A stretch of 64,000 nt of DNA. Origin: the human T2T-CHM13v2.0 reference genome, Homo sapiens. The stretch lies in NCBI RefSeq assembly GCF_009914755.1, contig NC_060930.1. The stretch is one strand, 5' to 3'. Below the pieces are notes generated by a model. It was not told where the DNA came from and searched no databases. It saw nothing but the letters and a program-made list of their open reading frames with translations. The position numbers were made by a program, and so were the translations under genes. How positions within the stretch are numbered: the stretch's first letter is position 1; every line of letters starts with the position of its first letter. This document shows positions 28,695 through 45,063 of the stretch, piece after piece.

Positions 28695-29601
28695 GGAGGG
28701 AGGAGCCAAGATGGCGGAATAGGAACAGCTCCGGTCTACAGCTCCCAGCGTGAGCGACGCAGAAGACGGGTGATTTCTGCATTTCCATCTGAGGTACCGG
28801 GTTCATCTCACTAGGGAGTGCCAGACAGTGGGCGCAGGACAGTGGGTGCATGCACCGTGCACGAGCCGAAGCAGGGCCAGGCATTGCCTCACTTGGGAAA
28901 CGCAAGGGGTCAGGGAGTTCCCTTTCCCAGTCAAAGAAAGGGGTGATGGACGGCACCTGGAAAATCGAGTCACTCCCACCCGAATACTGCGCTTTTCCGA
29001 CGGGCTTAAAAAACGGCGCACCACGAGATTATATCCGGCACCTGGCTCCGAGGGTCCTACACCCACGGAGTCTCGCTGATTGCTAGCACAGCAGTCTGAG
29101 ATCAAACTGCAAGGCGGCAGTGAGGCTGGGGAGGGGCGCCCGCCATTGCCCAGGCTTGCTTAGGTAAACAAAGCAGCCAGGAAGCTCCAACTGGGTGGAG
29201 CCCACCACAGCTCAAGGAGACCTGCCTGCCTCTGTAGGCTCCACCTCTGGGGGCAGGGCACAGACAAACAAAAAGACAGCAGTAACCTTTGCAGACTTAA
29301 GTGACCCTGTCTGACAGCTTTGAAGAGAGCAGTGGTTCTCCCAGCACGCAGCTGGAGATCTGAGAATGGGCAGACTGCCTCCTCAAGTGGGTCCCTGACC
29401 CCTGACCCCCGAGCAGCCTAACTGGGAGGCACCCCCCAGCAGGGGCACAATGACACCTCACACGGCAGGGTATTCCAACAGACCTGCAGCTGAGGGTCCT
29501 GTCTGTTAGAAGGAAAACTAACAAACAGAAAGGACATCCACACCAAAAACCCAACTGTACATCACCATCATCAAAGACCAAAAGTAGATAAAACCACAAA
29601 G
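28695..29601 (+). promoter_or_regulatory. L1 5'UTR internal sense/antisense promoter with YY1 site (28707-28717)
   Basis: caagatggcgg near the 5' end and high CpG density relative to the flanks. Promoter function is established knowledge for this family and is not shown for this copy. Confidence 0.75.
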
Positions 29602-30618
29602 ATGGGGAAAAAACAGAACAGAAAAACTGGAAACTCTAAAAAGAAGAGCACCTCTCCTCCTCCAAAGGAACGCAGTTCCTCACCAGCAATGGAACAAAGC
29701 TGGATGCAGAATGACTTTGAAGAGCTGAGAGAAGAAGGCTTCAGACGATCAAATTACTCTGCGCTACGGGAGGATATTCAAACCAAAGGCAAAGAAGTTG
29801 AAAACTTTGAAAAAAATTTAGAAGAATGTATAACTAGAATAACCAATACAGAGAAGTGCTTAAAGGAGCTGACGGAGCTGAAAACCAAGGCTCGAGAACT
29901 ACGTGAAGAATGCAGAAGCCTCAGGAGCCGATGCGATCAACTGGAAGAAAGGGTATCAGCGATGGAAGATGAAATGAATGAAATGAAGCGAGAAGCGAAG
30001 TTTAGAGAAAAAAGAATAAAAAGAAATGAGCAAAGCCTCCAAGAAATATGGGACTATGTGAAAAGACCAAATCTACGTCTGATTGGTGTACCTGAAAGTG
30101 ATGGGGAGAATGGAACCAAGTTGGAAAACACTCTGCAGGATATTATCCAGGAGAACTTCCCCAATCTAGCAAGGCAGGCCAACGTTCAGATTCAGGAAAT
30201 ACAGAGAACGCCACAAAGATACTCCTCGAGAAGAGCAACTCCAAGACACATAATTGTCAGATTCACCAAAGTTGAAATGAAGGAAAAAATGTTAAGAGCA
30301 GCCAGAGAGAAAGGTCGGGTTACCCAAAAAGGGAAGCCCATCAGACTAACAGCAGATCTATCGGCAGAAACCCTACAAGCCAGAAGAGAGTGGGGGCCAA
30401 TATTCAACATTCTTAAAGAAAAGAATTTTCAACCCAGAATTTCATATCCAGCCAAACTAAGCTTCATAAGTGAAGGAGAAATAAAATACTTTACAGACAA
30501 GCAAATGCTGAGAGATTTTGTCACCACCAGGCCTGCCCTAAAAGAGCTCCTGAAGGAAGCGCTAAACATGGAAAGGAACAACCGGTACCAGCCACTGCAA
30601 AAACATGCCAAAATGTAA
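29602..30618 (+). CDS. LINE-1 ORF1p (RNA-binding chaperone), intact 338 aa
   Basis: Uninterrupted ORF MGKKQNRKTGNSK...HAKM with the conserved REKG, ARR and YPAKLS motifs. Confidence 0.93.
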   Translation: MGKKQNRKTGNSKKKSTSPPPKERSSSPAMEQSWMQNDFEELREEGFRRSNYSALREDIQTKGKEVENFEKNLEECITRITNTEKCLKELTELKTKARELREECRSLRSRCDQLEERVSAMEDEMNEMKREAKFREKRIKRNEQSLQEIWDYVKRPNLRLIGVPESDGENGTKLENTLQDIIQENFPNLARQANVQIQEIQRTPQRYSSRRATPRHIIVRFTKVEMKEKMLRAAREKGRVTQKGKPIRLTADLSAETLQARREWGPIFNILKEKNFQPRISYPAKLSFISEGEIKYFTDKQMLRDFVTTRPALKELLKEALNMERNNRYQPLQKHAKM

Positions 30619-30681
30619 AGACCATCAAGACTAGGAAGAAACTGCATCAACTAACGAGCAAAATAACCAGCTAGCATCATA

Positions 30682-34507
<3,826 letters not shown>

Positions 34508-34550
34508 ACAATGAGATCACATGGACACAGGAAGGAGAATATCACACTCT

Positions 34551-34584
34551 GGGGACTGTGGTGGGGTTGGGGGATGGGGGAGGG
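34551..34584 (+). other. G-quadruplex-prone G-rich tract of L1 3'UTR
   Basis: ggggactgtggtggggttgggggatgggggaggg contains five runs of 3 or more G. Confidence 0.6.
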
Positions 34585-36347
34585 ACAGCATTGGGAGATA
34601 TACCTAATGCTAGATGACGAGTTAGTGGGTGCAGCGCACCAGCATGGCACATGTATACATATGTAACTAACCTGCACAATGTGCACATGTACCCTAGAAC
34701 TTAAAGTATAATAAAAAAAAAAAGAAAGCAAAGAAAAAAAACTCACTTTCTTATTAATTAAAAATAACTTGAACGGGTTGTGGAAAACTTTAATGAGTAA
34801 TCAGTAAACCATTTATAAAATAAATCTGTTATTGACTGAATCAATTGAATAGTCCTCTATTATTTGCCTTGTCAAATTTGGATTGTATTATTAGTCAGAA
34901 AGTTAAGCTGAGGCATTAAAATAGCCCCATATGTTTTGTCATTCTCTGTTTTGTTAGGGTAAACTCTTAAAAAATACAAAAAAGACAAAACCATAAATGT
35001 ACTTCTTTGATGAATGTGTATAAGATAAACATAGCCATGTAATAATCAGCCAGATCAAGTAGAATACTTCCAGAAACAAAATCTCCCTCATTTCTACATT
35101 CATTTATTAATGTTCCTTGATAAAGGTAAACAGTTTTCTAAGCCTTCATGGTACATTTTTTTTTTTTTGCCTACTGCAGAAAGCTGTATACTCCATTGTG
35201 ATTGATTTTTTGTACTTTAAAATATGGTTGTGAAATTCATTCATGTTGTTGTATGTTCTGGTAGTTCATTTGTTTTCATTTTCATGTAGTATTCCATGTA
35301 TAAGATATTCTATTTTATTTATTTATTATACTGTTGATGGACATTTGGGTTGTTTCTAATTTGGAACTCAAAGAATGGTGTCAGTAACATTATTATTAAT
35401 GGCATTTGCTGCAAATAAGCTCATGGAAATCAGAAAAAAAATGAGCTAAGTCAATTTCAAAATGTGAAAAAAAATATTGAGTATTTACAAAATAAGATTT
35501 CCATATGGTCAATAGACATGTAAAAAAGTCTTCAAAATAATTAGTCATTAATAAAATGTAAATTAAAACCCAATGAGATACCACAACACACTATACAGAA
35601 TGGCAGAAAATAGAAAGTAATGCCAAATATTGGTAAGGATATTAAAAAACAAGAATTTTCACATATTGCTGCTGATTCTGTAAACTGATATAACAGCTAA
35701 CTTCTATTGTTTAACAGTGTCTAGAAAAGCTAAACAAATTTTTCTTTCTGATGTAAATTTTCCAAGAAAGTTCAACAAGACATAAAGAAATATGTTTATA
35801 GCCCAGTATTCATAATGGCCACCTTCATTTTCTAGGATATTTCAGCTGGTTATAGTATTCTAGATGGATACATTTTCTCTTGGCATATCACAAATGCCAT
35901 TAAATATCATCTGTTTTCATAATTTACATTGAAAGATCAATAGTTATTCATATTGTTGTTCCATTTAAATTAATCTATTTTCTGCCTCTGCTATTGAATT
36001 TGTTAATTTTGTTTTAATAACATTATTTATCTCTACCTATGCCATTTCCTTCCAAGGAAATAGTTCTTTAAATATTGTTTCATTATTTTTCCTCTCTTGT
36101 ACTTCATATACATGCATAGTAGAAACTTTCACTGTGTCTCATCTGTTCCTTTCTCTTTCTCTCTTCAATAATACATGTTATGTTATCCTCTGCTCCATAA
36201 TATATACACATATGTATATATATTACACTGGCTATATTACATTGTCTACCCAAGTTTGTATGGTTCATACCCCCATAAACCTCAGTTTAAATATTTTAAC
36301 TATCCTATCTTTAGTTTACTATCCCCCACTTCTGCTGAATCTGATCT

Positions 36348-37230
36348 AATTTTTAAAACAGATTTATTAAAGTCTTATTTACATAAAAATAAATCTATCA
36401 ATTGTATAATAGGTAATACATTTATAGAATTGTACAATCACAACAATCCATCTCTAGAACATTTGCATCACTCCAAAATATTTCTTTATACCTTTTTACA
36501 CTTAAGCTATGCCTTTCCCAGATATGGCAACAACTAGTCTGGTTTCTGTATCTGTACATTTGCCTTTTCTGGTCATTTCAAATAAATGTAAATCATATGA
36601 TACATGGTCTTTTGTGATTGGCTTCTTTCACTTGCGTAATGTTTTTGAGGTTTATCAATGTTGTACTATGTAATCATGTTTTTTCCCTTTTTTATTGCTG
36701 AATAGTATTTATTGTGTTGATATAAAACAGTTCATAGATTCATTTACCAGCTAAATGGACATTTGAATTGTTTCCACTTTTTGGCCATTATGAAAGTTGC
36801 TGCTATGAACATTCACATCATGTCTTTGTGTGGAAGTTTTTTTGTTGTTGTTTTTATTTTTCTAGGCTGATACCTAGGATTGGAATTTCTGGGGTTTATG
36901 GTAAATTCATGTTTACCTTTTTTTCTTTTTGAGACAGGGTCTTTCTCTGTTGCCCAAACTGGAGTACAGTGGTATGATCACAGCTCACTGAAGCCTCAAA
37001 CTCCTGTGCTCAAATAAACCTCCTGCCTCAGCCTCCCAAGTAGCTAGGACTGCAGACACATGTCACCATGCCAGCCCATGTTTAACTTTTTAAGGGACAA
37101 CCAAACTGTTTTCCAAAATGCCTGTACCATTTTACATTCATACCAGAAATGCATGAAAATTTCAATTTTTTCATTTTCCTGTCAAATGTTGTTATTGTCC
37201 ATCTTCTCAATTGTAGCCACTCTAATAGTA
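36348..37230 (-). mobile_element. L1MB-type 3' end
   Basis: Antisense L1MB 3'UTR (tagaacatttgcatcactccaaaa, atttgccttttctgg, tggcttctttcactt) running into the ORF2 end. Confidence 0.8.
36918..37076 (-). mobile_element. Alu monomer (FRAM or 5'-truncated AluJ)
   Basis: Single right arm with T-tail. TSD catgtttaccttttt / catgtttaacttttt (from 36908 and 37077). Confidence 0.85.
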
Positions 37231-37944
37231 CATAGTTGGAAATTAATGAATACTAAATACATAAATATATATGTATGAGTAAATTCCATTAGGTAAATTT
37301 TTCCAGGAAAAATTTATAAGAAAGATTACTTTTATTTTGACTCTACTTGTAAAAATCTCAAATATATTGTGAGCAAATAATCAGACGTAAAAAGCATAAC
37401 ATTATAATCAAGTATGATTATACCAGTAATTGAAGGGTGATCCAACATTTTAAAATGTTCTTTAGCTACTCTGTGTAACATACGAATAGCATTGTAAAGT
37501 GTCCAATATCACCTTGATTAAAAATGTATGATAAACTAGATGAAACTTTATTTTTAACATAAAAATTGTTATATTTTTATGTAAAGTGTCAAAAAAGGAG
37601 ATACAGTATTTTCCAAAATAAAAGTAATGACAGTGATCTGTTGTTCTCTAATCCTAAATAAATCTCCACCCTTCCCTCAAACTCTTTCATTCTAACTCTG
37701 ATAAACCTACCCTGCAAAGTGAAAGTAAACTTCCTATTCAAAAATTAGTCAATTTTGGTTGCATCCATATCTGGCAAATTTTATACAGCTATGGTTTGGG
37801 AAACCAAAGTTATTAGACTATATGCAATAACTTGAAGCACAGCTTTCCCATGACGATATTTTTCACAACCACATTTTGAAATATATATAGGAATACACTA
37901 TAATTGACATTTTGACAAACCTTGGGAATGTTCATACATAAATG

Positions 37945-38556
37945 TGTAAGGAGTCCACAAGAATACCCTCAGATTCAAAGACTCACTAGAAGGGTTCGCA
38001 AGACACTCAATAAAAAACCGTTAGATGCATGGTTATGGTTAGTTACCATGAAAGGACACAGATTTAAATCAGCAAACAAAGATGAATGGGGTGAAGTCCA
38101 GAAGCTGGGTATAAGATTTTAGATGTCACCTCCCAATGGAGTCACACAGGGACACAACTCTCCCAGCAACACTGTGTGAAAACACATGTAGAGTCTTGCC
38201 ACCAGGAAGCTCATCTGAACTTTGATGTTCAGAGTTTTTATTGGTAGTCAGTTATGTGGATGTGCAGTGCCCACATCACAGACCTCAGCTTCTCAGACTC
38301 CAGGCCTCTCACCCTAAAGGAAAAACAGACATTCAACACATATCACACAGCTAGGATAAACACATCTGGTCAAATTGGTACAACATCGCCTAAGGCCTCA
38401 AGGATACAAAAACACTGTTATCAGGCAGAATACTGTAAGGGGTTGAAGGTTATCTCCAAGTAGTTGGCTAAGGGCCAGTCCTGAAGATAGATCTTTCTTT
38501 AGAATGTGCAGGATGTGAGCCAACCAAGCCTGCTGAGTTAACCCTTTCCTGTCCAA
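37945..38556 (-). mobile_element. ERVL-class solo LTR (MER77/MER21-like)
   Basis: gactcactagaagg...aaatcagcaaa...cccaatggagtcacacagg...ctgctgagttaacccttt resembles the reverse of MER77/MER21-group LTRs. Confidence 0.65.
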
Positions 38557-38764
38557 TAAACTACATACATGTTTGGTTTCATCAATACAAAATATCATTA
38601 ATTTTAATGTTGCAACACAATGGATTGTAATCCTTCCTTTGAATTTCCCAGTTTTCATTAGAATCACCAAATTTTGTATAATCTATTCTTGCATATTACA
38701 TGTTGCTTAGTAAATATTAAATCAAAAAGATTTTGGCAATATTCAACACTGTGTGCCATTTTGT

Positions 38765-39514
38765 ATATTTTTAAATTACAAATAATCATTGTATATATTC
38801 ATTGGGTAGAATGCATAATGTGATACATATGTACCTTGTAAAATGATCAAATCAGACTGATAACATATCTAGCACTTCACATAGCTATAATTTGTTTGTG
38901 GTGAAAACATTTAAAATGCTCTCTTTTAGCAATTTTTAAATATGCAATACATTATTATTACTATAGTCACCATGCTGTACAATAGATCATCAGAAGTTAT
39001 TCCTCCTAACTAAAGCTTTGTACCTTTTAACCAATATCTCTCCTTTTCCAGTCCACAACTCCCCTCCACCCTCTGGCAAACATCATTTTATTCTCTACTT
39101 CTGAGAGTTAGGCTTTTTAGATTCCACATACAAGTGAGATTATCTAGTATTTTTCCTTCCATGTCTGGTTTATGTCACTTAGCATAATTCTCAACATCAT
39201 TAATCACATGGAAATGGAAACTAAAACCACAAAAAAACACTTCATAGTTGTTAGAATGGCTATTAACAAAAAGATGAAAGATAACAAGTGCTAATGAGGG
39301 TATAGAAAAAGAGGAACCCTTATATATCATTGGTTGGAATATAAGTTAGTACAGCCATTATGGAAAACAGTATGGAGTTTCCTCAAAAAACTAATAGTAT
39401 AACTACCGTATACTGTACCATATACTAACTACCATATACTAACATATATGTATATAACTATCATATACATATACCATATACTAACAGTATAACTACCAGT
39501 AATCCCACTACTGG

Positions 39515-39564
<50 letters not shown>

Positions 39565-39730
39565 ATTGAAATAAGTATATCAAAGAGTTATGTGCATTGT
39601 CATGTTTATTGCAGCGTTATTTACAATAGCCAAGAAAAATTGAAGTGCCTATAAATGAATGTATAGATAAAAACAAAATGTGGCAGATATAAACAAAAGA
39701 ATATTATCCAGCCTTAAAAAATAAAAATGA
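38765..39730 (-). mobile_element. L1MA-type insertion with inverted 5' segment
   Basis: Antisense 3'UTR at 38765-39188 directly abuts a sense ORF2-end segment at 39189-39730. Confidence 0.8.
39519..39561. repeat. (AT)n microsatellite
   Basis: About 21 perfect AT units. Confidence 0.95.
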
Positions 39731-40017
39731 ATAAATCTAAGTGCATGTTATTTTTGATAGAGATTCTAATGAGCTCAAATGCTCTAAAAATGCCAAATCA
39801 TGAAAAAAAAGCCCTCCTTTTATTCCGAGCTTCTTCAAAATTTAATAACCTTTAAAAAACAATAAAAATAATGACAGAAGCTAAGAGAACATACTTAACT
39901 ACCTACCAGAACCTAAAAAGCAAGCATCATAAATGTTATTCTTATACAGAAATATTCTAAATACAGTCTAGAAAAAAAGAGAAGTCTCTGTTTGCCATCA
40001 CTACTGAAATTCTGTCT

Positions 40018-40575
40018 TTTTTACACATTTTAATTATTAGAGTATTTTTAAGGCTCACAGAAAATTTAATTAGAAAATATAGAGAGGTTCTGTATATGCC
40101 CCTTCCTCATATATGCAAAGCCTCCTCCACTACAACATCCCCCGCCAGAGGGTTATATTTACTACAGCCGATGAACTTGCACTAACACATCATTGTCACC
40201 CAAAGTCCACAGCTTACACCAAGGCTCTTTCTTGGTTTGTGCATTCTACGGGTTTAGACAAATGTTTACTATATTATCAATCATTATAGTATCAAACAGA
40301 ATAGCTTCACTGCCCTAAAAATCCTCTCTATTCTGCCTTTTCATCCCTCCCTCCCCCCACAACCCCTAGCAACCAATGATCTTTTCATTGTCTCCACAGT
40401 TTTGCCTTTTCCAGAACATAATATAGATGGAATCATACAGTATATAACTTTTTCATATTGGTTTATGTCACTTACTAATATATATTTAAGTTTCCCCCAT
40501 GACTTTCCATGTCCTGATAGCTTTTCATGGCTTGACATTTCATTATCTGGATGCACTACAGTTTATTTGTCCATT
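40018..40575 (-). mobile_element. L1MC1-like 3' end (host of the ERV cluster; continues at 45068-45456 and 47558-47710)
   Basis: Antisense L1MC 3'UTR (cacatcattgtcacccaaagtcca, cagttttgccttttccagaa). The three pieces are consecutive in L1 coordinates. Confidence 0.85.
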
Positions 40576-43500
40576 TGTTACTGAGTTTGGTCTGGGTCCT
40601 GTTGTTTGCCACAGAGAAAGCCAAGGAGAGGTAAGGAATTATGATGAATGAGAAGTCTGGTGTCTCATTGGCTGGATGCAGTGATCTGGTGAGTTACAAT
40701 TATTCAGACGGAGGGTTTTTTCCTGAGGAAATAACTCAGATAAGACTTAAGTTTCAAGCTTTAAGACCAGGAGGGTCGATTTCTATGATTTTCCAACAAA
40801 CAGTAAACATCATTTCTATGGGACAGTTTGACCAGTTGCAGCACCCACCCACTCCCCTAACTTTCCATTTATTAATTCCTCAACCACAGGGAATCTGGTT
40901 GTGGATACTTCTGACTGCTTCATGGTCAGGAGTGGCATCATGGGATGAGGAATGAAAACGTTATCCCTGTAGTTGGAAGTACTTATGGATACCTGGTTGG
41001 CATCTGGCTTGTTGGAGCACCATGACTTGGGTACTTTTATTAATGGTTTTAGAATATTTTAAGCCACATTGACTAGGATGATTAATAACATAAATAACCC
41101 AAATTTTAAAATGCCAAAAGAATATAGAGTGGATCCTTTGAGGAATCCAAGAGAACTGCATGTTGCCCTTATGATTTCTTATCTACGGTCTTTTGCTGGG
41201 TCTTGAGTTTTAAGTTAAGGCCATACTAGAGTTCACAGATTATAACTGTTTCCTCTGAAGGGATCCCAGAGGCACTGGTTTTACCCAAATATGGTGAATC
41301 CATAGCTTAGCACGGGCTAACCTGATAGATGAGTGGGTGGTCAGCAACACCTCAAAAAAACCAACCCTTGTGGTTGCCTTTGGTCTTCAGTCTGGTGGGA
41401 TTTTGAGGTTTTCAGCAGGACATGGTCCTCTAGTTTCAAAGAGTTGAGAGGAACAACTTTAGTAAACTAGAGCCTGTTGGAAACAAACTCAGAGAGACCA
41501 GCTATTAATAATATTTTCCTAATTGTTTTACATGTGATCTAGGTTATATTTGGGGGAAGAAAATATCCTCAAGTGTCAGGGAGTCAGGGTGTTGGAGAAA
41601 ATAGTCTTCCACGCATTTCAAAAAGGCTAAGAGCTAACCAACTTCTTGGGGCTGCGTATATTGTCAGCAAGGCAAGGGACAAGCTGTTTTCCCAGGTAAG
41701 ATTTGTCTCTTGGCAACTGGGGCCCCCTTGACCACAAGTGGGTCCATTCAGTCTGTGCGGGGCTTAGGATTTTATTTTGTCCCATACTGTTGCTGGAGTG
41801 GTGTGGCTACCTGCCCCAGATCCATCCTGTCCCTCCATGGGAACCTAAATCACCAAAATACTCAAAAGATTTATAACTAATTATGTTTTAGACCAGATAA
41901 GAATGGAGGTGGGCAGACACTTTTTAACACTTAGAATCATTTAAGCCACAAAAGAGCCAAAAACTTAAAGCCAAAAGTGAGGTTACAGAATTGCCTGTGA
42001 CTCAAAGGAATTTCCTTTGCCATTTAACAGGCCACACTCTGGCCTGTTTACCATACAGGACTTATTTTCTCACATAAAATTATTCTCTTTCTTTATAACC
42101 TTCCTTACCAAAAATACATCTTTATATCCATAACTTTCTTCACATGTCTCTCTCCTATTTACCGGTTCCTTTCTACCTTGTTTCATAAACAATCTTTTCA
42201 AGTCCATAATTTGAATCAATCTTTACATAACTTCTGAATTAGACAAAACTATTATTTTTCTCAATAAGAACACATCTTCTTTGGCACATTTTATATACAG
42301 AATTATATGTTAACTATAATTCTTATTCTTAGAAACCTTAAATTTTAGTGAAAATCTAGGAAGCAAGAAATCCTGAGCTGCTTATCAGATATTAGTATTT
42401 TATAGATGAAGACCATTCCACTATTTTTAAAAATACTTCCCCATATCATAACCCTTTCTTAATTGGAAGTGACCTAGATATCTAGTGACTATCCAAAATG
42501 ATTTTAAGATTTTAAACTACACAAAAAGTTTACCAACAGCATTTACCCCATCTACATTTCATTCATTTTTAACCGTTTATCTAGATTACTTATGAGAACT
42601 CAGATACTAGACAAAGCTAGTCATTATCTCCTTGCTAACCATTTTTATACCCTGTGCATATTAGGTATTCACCCATGTCAGAAACTTAAGTACATTGGTA
42701 TTTTCACCAGTCACTCAGAAGATTCAATTTTTTTCATTAAACTAACAACATTAAGTTAGTTTTGTTTATCAAAAAGACCACACAAAGATCACTTTGGATT
42801 TGGCTAGGTTTGTAGTTTTATAACCTTCTGTGTCAAACCCTGACACCTTAAAATATCTAGCAGAGACAAATATAAAACCTAGACAAAAATGTATGCTGAC
42901 CATTCCAAAGACAATTCTATTTTAATCTTACCATTAATTTTAAAGACTGCTTGTTTATTAAAGATTTACTCAAGTCACATGCCCTTGAAAAGCACTTCAA
43001 CATATTTACTTAATTTATGAGCATTATTTTATTTATAAACCAATTTGGTAGACACAACATTATTCATGTCCATACACATAAACACATCTAAACATGTATA
43101 CACAAACAAAGATCCAATAGCTTTTATCTCAGATCTCTAGCCATGAGATAGCAATACGAACTCACTGGTTTACAAATATGTTCACCTGGATAAACTTTGT
43201 TTGCCACAATAGGTAATTCAAATAAAGCTGTGAACCAAAATTTTGGGTAAAGCAGTTTCCATGGCAGTTTGAGTTTTTAAGACCAAATCTCTTCACACTC
43301 AAAAGAACACTGGGGCCAAACACCACAAAAGAACATCACATACTGACCAGGCAGGACAGTGCTTAGAACAGTGGCATAAAAGCCTGAATGCAGAAACTCC
43401 ATCCCACTTTGCCAATCAACAGGACACATACAATAACAACCACCAAACATAATCCAACTGCTGCAGCCAATAAGCCCAAGAGTGTCCAAACTGAAACGAA

Positions 43501-44668
43501 GTGCTTTCCTCTTTCATTCAGTTGGGCTTCTTCAAATTGCAGATGGAAATTCCTTTAGAATTCCTCAAATCAAGAGGAATAGACTTTGTTGTCTGGTACC
43601 CACAAAAGACACTCACCCATTCAGATGCAGATGTCAAATGTCAAAGGTTGTTCTTCCTAGGCAATCAGGAATGCGGCTGAGGCCAGAGGCAGTGGACCAC
43701 AGAGAGAGAGAGATCAAAGCCCACCTCTGAGCAAATAAAAAAAAAGAGGCGGCTGCTTAGGAGGGCTTCTGAAACTCCTGGCCCTTGGCAGCTGAGCTAT
43801 AAGTAATACAATCCTAATCAGGGAATCAAAATTTGTTACTGTCAGGCCTCTGAGCCCAAGTTAAGCCATCATATCCCCTGTGACCTGCATGTATACATCC
43901 AGATGGCCTGAAGTAACTGAAGAACCACAAAAGCAGTGACAATAGCCAATTCCTGCCTTAACTGATGACATTCCACCATTGTGATTTGTTCCTGCCCCAC
44001 CCAAACTGATCAATTGACCTTGTGACATTCCTTCTCCTGGACAATGAATCTCAGAGCTCTCCACAGAGCACCTTGTGACCCCCACCCCCTGCTTGCAAGA
44101 GAAAAACCACCTTTAACTGTAATTTTCCACTACTTACCCAAATCCTATAACACTGCACCACCCCTATCTCCCTTTGCTGACTCCTTTTTCGGACTCAGGA
44201 CACTTGCACCCAGGTAATTAAAAGCTTTATTGCTCACACAAAGCCTGTTTGCTGGTCTCTTCAAACGGATGCACGTAACAGTTACAAAAATGCCAGGGGT
44301 TTGGACTAGGTCCTGCTGCTTGCTCTCACAGAAAGCCAGTCACTTCAGTAACAAGTATTGCCAAAGAAGGCTTTATTTGGGTGCTTCAGCCAAGGAAAAC
44401 AGGAGATCAGTCTCAAATCTGTCTCCCCAACTGAATACAATTATGAATTTACATAGCAGGGAAGCAATATAACTGCATGTGGGAAAACAGAAATTAGGAA
44501 AAGGTAAGGAAGAGGAGTTGGTAAACAAATTATGATGTATGAGGGCTCTGGCATCTCATTGTTTGGATGTGGTAACTGGTGAGTTTCATTTCTTGATACT
44601 ATCTGCATGGCCTGAGGTCAGCTTTCAGGGGATGGAACTCAGATAAGACAAATGAATGTTTCAAGTTT
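40576..44668 (-). mobile_element. MER66-type (ERV1/MER4 group) provirus: deleted 3'LTR 40576-40840, internal 40841-43833, 5'LTR 43834-44668 (remainder at 45457-45532, + strand)
   Basis: Two homologous LTR copies (gtttgg.ct.ggtcctg..g, aactcagataagac). Degenerate tRNA-Glu-like PBS at ~43813-43830. No intact gag/pol/env ORFs. Confidence 0.75.
43840..44280 (+). mobile_element. Solo LTR7-family (HERV-H) LTR, older LTR7B/C-like variant
   Basis: tgtcaggcctctgagcccaag...tttattgctcacacaaagcctgtttg...gtaaca with exact 5-bp TSD gttac (43835-39, 44281-85). Confidence 0.92.
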
Positions 44669-44742
44669 AGAAGCAAAAGAGAAAAATATTTTTTGATTTG
44701 CATCTCACTTATCCTTCTCAAGCCCCACATTGGGCCTCAAAA

Positions 44743-45063
44743 TGTTGGACTTTCTCTTCAGTTCAGTAAAAACCTGGGTTCGTGTCACATGACCAGGAAA
44801 GATTAGGCTTATAGACACATAGAAGGATAAGGACAATTGAATTTATTGAGTGAAAAGGAAAAATACTCTCAGCAAAGTGAGAAGGGTTCCTGTTAACAGG
44901 CCCCCTTCTCACAGATTGAATCCCAGATTATCATATAGGACATGGAGAGGCCAGGCTCCTCCCTCTTGCAAACAGCATGAACTTCCCAAGGCACCCTCCC
45001 ATCCTCCCAGTGCACAGGCCAGTTGGACATTCTCCAGGGAGCCCTTTATACTTGACTGTCTCA
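44743..45063 (-). mobile_element. MER61-type 5' LTR (inverted), followed by tRNA-Lys1,2-like PBS at 44722-44739
   Basis: Reverse complement begins tgagacagtcaagt and ends gtccaaca, then tgaggcccaatgtggggc (compare TGGCGCCCAACGTGGGGC). Homologous to 47228-47553. Confidence 0.85.

Noticed and set aside
36134-36537. 71- and 120-aa ORFs in AT-rich sequence
   Set aside because: Low-complexity composition, partly antisense L1MB, alternative start codons and no recognisable domain.
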